Positions 59,203 through 64,000 of a stretch of DNA of 64,000 bases are shown piece by piece. The position numbers and the translations under genes were made by a program. The DNA lies in NCBI GenBank assembly GCA_963695545.1, contig OY968796.1, forward strand, positions 2,272,001-2,336,000, given 5' to 3'. Position 1 is the first letter of the stretch, and the number at the start of each line of letters is the position of its first letter. The DNA comes from Terriglobia bacterium (GTDB lineage: Bacteria; Acidobacteriota; Terriglobia; Acidiferrales; UBA7541). Below the pieces are notes generated by a model, which saw only the letters and a list, made by a program, of their open reading frames with translations, had not been told where the DNA came from and ran no database searches.

Positions 59203-60804
59203 ATGAAATTGTCCAAGCGTTGGAAAATAACTCTAACTATTATCGCTGGTGTGCTCCTCGCGGCGTGTCTGGCGTTTGTTATTGGCGTCAGGTGGGCTTC
59301 TCGCCACGCCCGAGAGGTAGTCATCAACTCGCTCCGAAAGCAGTTTCACGCCGACGTGACGCTTGACTCCGTCGAAATGAAAATGTTCCCAATCATCCAG
59401 GTAAGCGGCGTGGGCCTGGTGATGCGCACGAAGGGACGCGACGACTTGCCACCGCTGATCTCGATCAAAAGTTTCACCGCGCAGGCGCACTGGCTCAAGT
59501 TGCTGCGGTTCCCGCACCACGTTTCGCAAGTGACGCTGGTGGGCCTCGAAATCACCGTTCCGACCGGCCAGCCAGGCGACGACGAGCGCCCGAGAAGCGG
59601 GAACTTGTTGGGCCGCGTCACCGGCGTCGTCATGGATGATGTGCACACGGAGAACGCGAAGATTACGGTTCTACCGAAAGACCCCGCGAAACAACCGGAA
59701 GTCATCGATGTCGCGAGTCTCGAAGCACATTCGATCTCCGGCGATGGCGAACTCGCTGCCGACGCGACCATCCGAAGCGCGCTTCCGCCGGGCAATATCA
59801 TTACAACCGGCAGGTTCGGTCCCTGGGATCCCGATGTGCCTGCGCGCACGCCTGTCTCCGGCTCGTTTACCTTCGACAACGCCGACCTCAGCACCATTCC
59901 TGGCGGCCTCGCGGGCACGTTGTCGGCCCGCGGCCACTATGAAGGCATCATCGAAAAAATTGCTGTGGATGGCACAGCCGGCACGCCGGATTTCAGCACG
60001 AAGTCGAGCGAACACCCAGTCGACCTGACCGCGACGTTTCATGTGATCGTCGACGGCGCGAACGACGAAACAATTCTCCAGCCGCTCGACGCGCATTTCC
60101 TGCACACCACTCTCCACGCGACCGGCGAAATCGCCGGCACTCCCGGACAGCAAGGCAAGGCCGTCAGCTTGGATGTAAGCGCGACCGACGCGCGCATCGA
60201 GGACATTTTGGTGCTAACCGCCAAGGACGAGCCTGCTCTCACCGGCAACATCCACTTACATACATCGCTTGCTTTGCCTGCGGGGCCTCAAAATGATCCC
60301 ATGAATCAAATAACCCTCAATGGCTCATTCAATCTCGATCAGGTGGTCTTCACTAATCACGCGGACGAGAAGAAAGTGAATACGTTGAGCATGCGCAGCC
60401 AGGGCGAAACCGGCGAAGTCTCGGATGATGCCGTCGCCTCGGAGATGCAAGGAACCTTCCTGGTTCAAAACGGCGTGATGACGTTTTCCGATCTCAATTT
60501 TCAAGTGCCGGGGGCGCAGGTCCACCTGGTTGGCACAATCGGCCTCGAACACCAGAATTTCGATATGCGCGGTATTTTGGATATGAGGGCGGAGATTTCC
60601 CAGACCACCACCGGCGTCAAATCATTTTTCTTGAAAGCCGTTGATCCACTCTTCTCGAAGCCCGGCGGCGGATCGCGCATATTTTTCCACATCGGTGGCA
60701 CCGAGAAAATTCCCATCTATACACTCGATCTCCACCACAAAACTCCAGAGAAGGCTCAGGACCAGCCCCCGAACAAGACCACTGCCAACGCCGGCGGTAA
60801 CTAG
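59203..60804 (+). CDS. AsmA-like protein 2 (tandem paralog)
   Basis: Shares LPPLISIKSFTAQA, FGPWD, TPVSGSFT, SQTTTGVKSF, KPGGGSRI with the upstream gene. Confidence 0.75.
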   Translation: MKLSKRWKITLTIIAGVLLAACLAFVIGVRWASRHAREVVINSLRKQFHADVTLDSVEMKMFPIIQVSGVGLVMRTKGRDDLPPLISIKSFTAQAHWLKLLRFPHHVSQVTLVGLEITVPTGQPGDDERPRSGNLLGRVTGVVMDDVHTENAKITVLPKDPAKQPEVIDVASLEAHSISGDGELAADATIRSALPPGNIITTGRFGPWDPDVPARTPVSGSFTFDNADLSTIPGGLAGTLSARGHYEGIIEKIAVDGTAGTPDFSTKSSEHPVDLTATFHVIVDGANDETILQPLDAHFLHTTLHATGEIAGTPGQQGKAVSLDVSATDARIEDILVLTAKDEPALTGNIHLHTSLALPAGPQNDPMNQITLNGSFNLDQVVFTNHADEKKVNTLSMRSQGETGEVSDDAVASEMQGTFLVQNGVMTFSDLNFQVPGAQVHLVGTIGLEHQNFDMRGILDMRAEISQTTTGVKSFFLKAVDPLFSKPGGGSRIFFHIGGTEKIPIYTLDLHHKTPEKAQDQPPNKTTANAGGN

Positions 60805-60836
60805 CCGGACTTCGTGATTTCTAAATTTTATTTTTT

Positions 60837-61859
60837 CTAGCGATGGCGAAACGCGATCAGCGCGTGCAGCTTCGCTCGTGCCGCGCCGGAATCGATCGAG
60901 CGCGCCGCTAGTCGCACGCCTTCGCGGAAATTCGCGGCGCGGTCGGCTGCCACCAGCGCCGCTGCCGCGTTCGCCAGCACGATGTCGCGCCGCGGCCCGC
61001 GATCGCTGTCGAGAATTGCGCGAATCATCGCGGCGCTGGTCTGCGCGTCTCCGGCGGCCATTGTCTCTCGCGGTGCGCGCGCCAAACCAAAATCCTCCGG
61101 CGAAACGCGATATTGTTTCACGGTCCCGTTTGACACTTCGGCCAATTCCGTTTCCGCGCTCAACGAGATTTCATCCAGGCCGTCGAGTCCGTACACCACG
61201 AACGCGTGCCGCGCGCCCAACTCCGCTAGCGCGCGCGCCATCGGCTCGACCACTTCCGCCGAAAACACTCCGATCACTTGCGCAGATGCGCCTGCCGGGT
61301 TCGTCAGCGGCCCCAAAAGATTAAACACTGTCCGCCCGCCCACTTGCCGTCGCGCCGGCATCGCATGTCGCACCGCGCGATGTGCCGCCGGCGCAAATAA
61401 AAATCCGATGCCGATCTGTGCGATCGCGCGACCAGCCTCTTCCGCCGGAATTTCCACCGCCACGCCCAGCGCTTCGAGCACATCCGCCGAGCCGCTCTTT
61501 GACGAGATCGAACGATTCCCGTGTTTTGCCACGCGCACGCCCGCGCCCGCCACTACAAACGCCGCCGCTGTCGAAACGTTGAACGTACCCGAACCGTCTC
61601 CTCCGGTTCCGCACGTGTCGAGCATTTCGTCGTTCGGACGCGTTCCCTCCGCAAAAACTGGTTCCGCTCGCCGCCGCATCGCGTGCGCAAATCCCACCAG
61701 CTCCTCGGAGCTTTCTCCCTTCGCACGCAGCGCCAGCAGCAGCCGCACGATCTGCGCATCCTCGAGCTGTCCCGAAAGCAACTGTTCCATTGCGGCGTCG
61801 GCTTCGGCGCGATCGAGATCTCGATCCGCTTCCACCTTGGCGATGATTTCGTCAATCAT
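60837..61859 (-). CDS. trpD: Anthranilate phosphoribosyltransferase
   Basis: DTCGTGGDG, NVST, KHGNRSISSKSGSAD, FNLLGPLTNP, GLDE. Confidence 0.96.
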   Translation of the reverse strand: MIDEIIAKVEADRDLDRAEADAAMEQLLSGQLEDAQIVRLLLALRAKGESSEELVGFAHAMRRRAEPVFAEGTRPNDEMLDTCGTGGDGSGTFNVSTAAAFVVAGAGVRVAKHGNRSISSKSGSADVLEALGVAVEIPAEEAGRAIAQIGIGFLFAPAAHRAVRHAMPARRQVGGRTVFNLLGPLTNPAGASAQVIGVFSAEVVEPMARALAELGARHAFVVYGLDGLDEISLSAETELAEVSNGTVKQYRVSPEDFGLARAPRETMAAGDAQTSAAMIRAILDSDRGPRRDIVLANAAAALVAADRAANFREGVRLAARSIDSGAARAKLHALIAFRHR

Positions 61860-62234
61860 GAAAATTCTTCCCAATCCATCTTTTCGAGAACTCGACAGCT
61901 TGCCATAGAAACGCCCTTGGCGATTGCGTTTCTAACGATCGGCCTCGCCAGGCTCGGCGCTCCTCAAAATGCCAGTCGGCGCAAGGCTCGAGCTGCCAAC
62001 CGCCCGCTAACACCTGCCTGAAGGACGAATCCGGTCGAACCAAAATGCGTACTACATAACATGCGTGTTAACAGTGTGTTACGGACGTGTCCGGGCTCCT
62101 GGCATTAGCCGCAGACGCGATTCGACCCGGCTTTTGACCCGTCCCTAGCCGCTGTCCGGCGATTCCCCTCGCTTGAGAGCCAGTCTCATCCCAGCATGAT
62201 TTCCGATTTGACCGGCTCGGAAATCCCATCCGTC

Positions 62235-62251
62235 TTGGCAAGCGGCTTGCT
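62235..62251 (+). promoter_or_regulatory. Candidate sigma54 promoter upstream of the str operon
   Basis: TTGGCAAGCGGCTTGCT matches TGGCA-N6-TTGC. Confidence 0.5.
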
Positions 62252-62261
62252 CTACTTTGGA

Positions 62262-62290
62262 TTGACAGATCGCGGCACTTCTTTTATTAT
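62262..62290 (+). promoter_or_regulatory. sigma70 promoter of the str operon
   Basis: TTGACA-N17-TATTAT. Confidence 0.8.
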
Positions 62291-62621
62291 ATTGAGGTCT
62301 TTTAGTCAGGGGAGCAAGAGGCCCTGTTGTTGTCGTCGGGCCAGTGGTTGAATAGGTGAAGGTCTTCCGCCCCGGAACATTGTAGGACGGATCGGGGTTG
62401 GGGGAGCGGCCGAAATGGGGCGCCAGCCCCGCAAAGCCGAGCAGCCCTCTCCGCTTTGACCAGTTGGTGCGAACGTTTCGACTGGGGTTGTGCGCGGAGT
62501 GCCGTCACGGTTCTCCAGACAGCGGTTGAATTTATTTTTGGGGCAGTTTGTGCCACGGCATCTCTAAGTGTGCCGTCGCGCAGTTGAACGAGATCGAATT
62601 TTGAGTTTCTGAGGGAGACTT

Positions 62622-63005
62622 GTGCCGACGTTTTCACAACTCGTTCGCCATGGACGCGAACTGATTCGCAACAAAACGAAGTCGCCGGCGCTCGAGAGCT
62701 GCCCGGAAAAGCGCGGTGTCTGCATTCGCGTCTACACGCAGACTCCGAAGAAGCCCAACTCGGCGCTGCGCAAAGTCGCCCGCGCGCGCCTCACCAACGC
62801 CATGGAAGTCACCACCTATATTCCCGGCGTCGGCCACAATTTGCAGGAGCACTCCATCGTACTCGTGCGCGGCGGCCGTGTGAAGGATTTGCCAGGCGTG
62901 CGCTATCACATCATTCGCGGAACGCTTGACGCTGCCGGCGTCGAGAACCGCAAGCAGGGGCGCTCGAAATATGGCGCCAAGCGGCCCAAAGCCGCGCAGA
63001 AATAG
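62622..63005 (+). CDS. rpsL: 30S ribosomal protein S12
   Basis: [37 protein letters not shown] start after GAGGGAG. Confidence 0.99.
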   Translation: MPTFSQLVRHGRELIRNKTKSPALESCPEKRGVCIRVYTQTPKKPNSALRKVARARLTNAMEVTTYIPGVGHNLQEHSIVLVRGGRVKDLPGVRYHIIRGTLDAAGVENRKQGRSKYGAKRPKAAQK

Positions 63006-63488
<483 letters not shown>

Positions 63489-63512
63489 GGATCAATCGAA
63501 AAGAATAACGCA

Positions 63513-64000
63513 ATGGCCGCAGACACACATCTCGAACGCACGCGCAACATCGGAATCATGGCGCATATCGACGCCGGTAAGACCACTTCGACTGAACGCA
63601 TCCTGTTTTACACCGGAGTGACTTACAAAATCGGCGAAGTCGACGAAGGCACCGCCACGATGGATTGGATGGAGCAGGAGCGCGAGCGTGGCATCACCAT
63701 CACGTCGGCCGCTACCAGCGCGTCCTGGAAGCGCGACGCCACCGACTACAAAATCAATATCATTGACACGCCGGGCCACGTCGATTTCACAGTCGAAGTC
63801 GAACGCTCTCTGCGCGTGCTGGATGGCGCCGTCGCCATTTTTGACGCCGTCGCTGGCGTGCAGCCGCAAACTGAAACGGTTTGGCGCCAGGCCGATAAAT
63901 ATCACGTTCCGCGCATCGCCTTCGTCAACAAGATGGATCGCACCGGCGCCGATTTCGATCATTGTATTAAGACCATGCGCCAGCGTTTGTCGGCCCGCCC
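63513..64000 (+). CDS. fusA: Elongation factor G, 5' part (runs off the window end)
   Basis: [46 protein letters not shown]. Confidence 0.98.
   Translation, partial: MAADTHLERTRNIGIMAHIDAGKTTSTERILFYTGVTYKIGEVDEGTATMDWMEQERERGITITSAATSASWKRDATDYKINIIDTPGHVDFTVEVERSLRVLDGAVAIFDAVAGVQPQTETVWRQADKYHVPRIAFVNKMDRTGADFDHCIKTMRQRLSAR

Noticed and set aside
62622..63005. Streptomycin-resistance alleles in rpsL
   Set aside because: PKKPNS and RVKDLP motifs are wild type

Overview
Bacterial DNA, most likely Acidobacteriota (inferred from the fabZ-lpxA-lpxI-oxidoreductase-TonB-miaA-hflX order, the choice-of-anchor-D lipoproteins and the AsmA paralogs). Positions ~1-43,830 are a large accessory surface-polysaccharide locus that looks lower in GC by eye. 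It holds a flippase end, glycosyltransferases, methyltransferases, a complete GDP-D-glycero-alpha-D-manno-heptose pathway (hddA-hddC-gmhA-gmhB), an AlgD-like dehydrogenase, rmlABCD, an OafA-type acyltransferase, two Ig-repeat lipoproteins separated by an intact 1,250-bp IS3/IS407-type element, and a VanZ-LamG protein. Embedded in it (~12.8-34 kb) is a condensation-domain-free thiotemplate cassette: two carrier-thioesterase didomains, a stand-alone adenylating enzyme, a P450, a ThDP enzyme, a class IV aminotransferase, divergent MetA plus MetY, two flavoprotein paralogs, two ATP-grasp ligases, a FemAB/GNAT protein and an O-methyltransferase. This cassette is the best candidate for an undescribed system, possibly building a non-sugar substituent for the glycan. 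Positions ~43,900-64,000 are housekeeping: lipid A genes, miaA, hflX, pgsA, aroDE, trpE/G/D and the start of the str operon. That part also contains two unannotated, translationally coupled small ORFs, a ~215-nt rod-like inverted repeat, and tandem sigma54/sigma70 promoter motifs upstream of rpsL. All calls come from motif recognition by eye; no searches were run.
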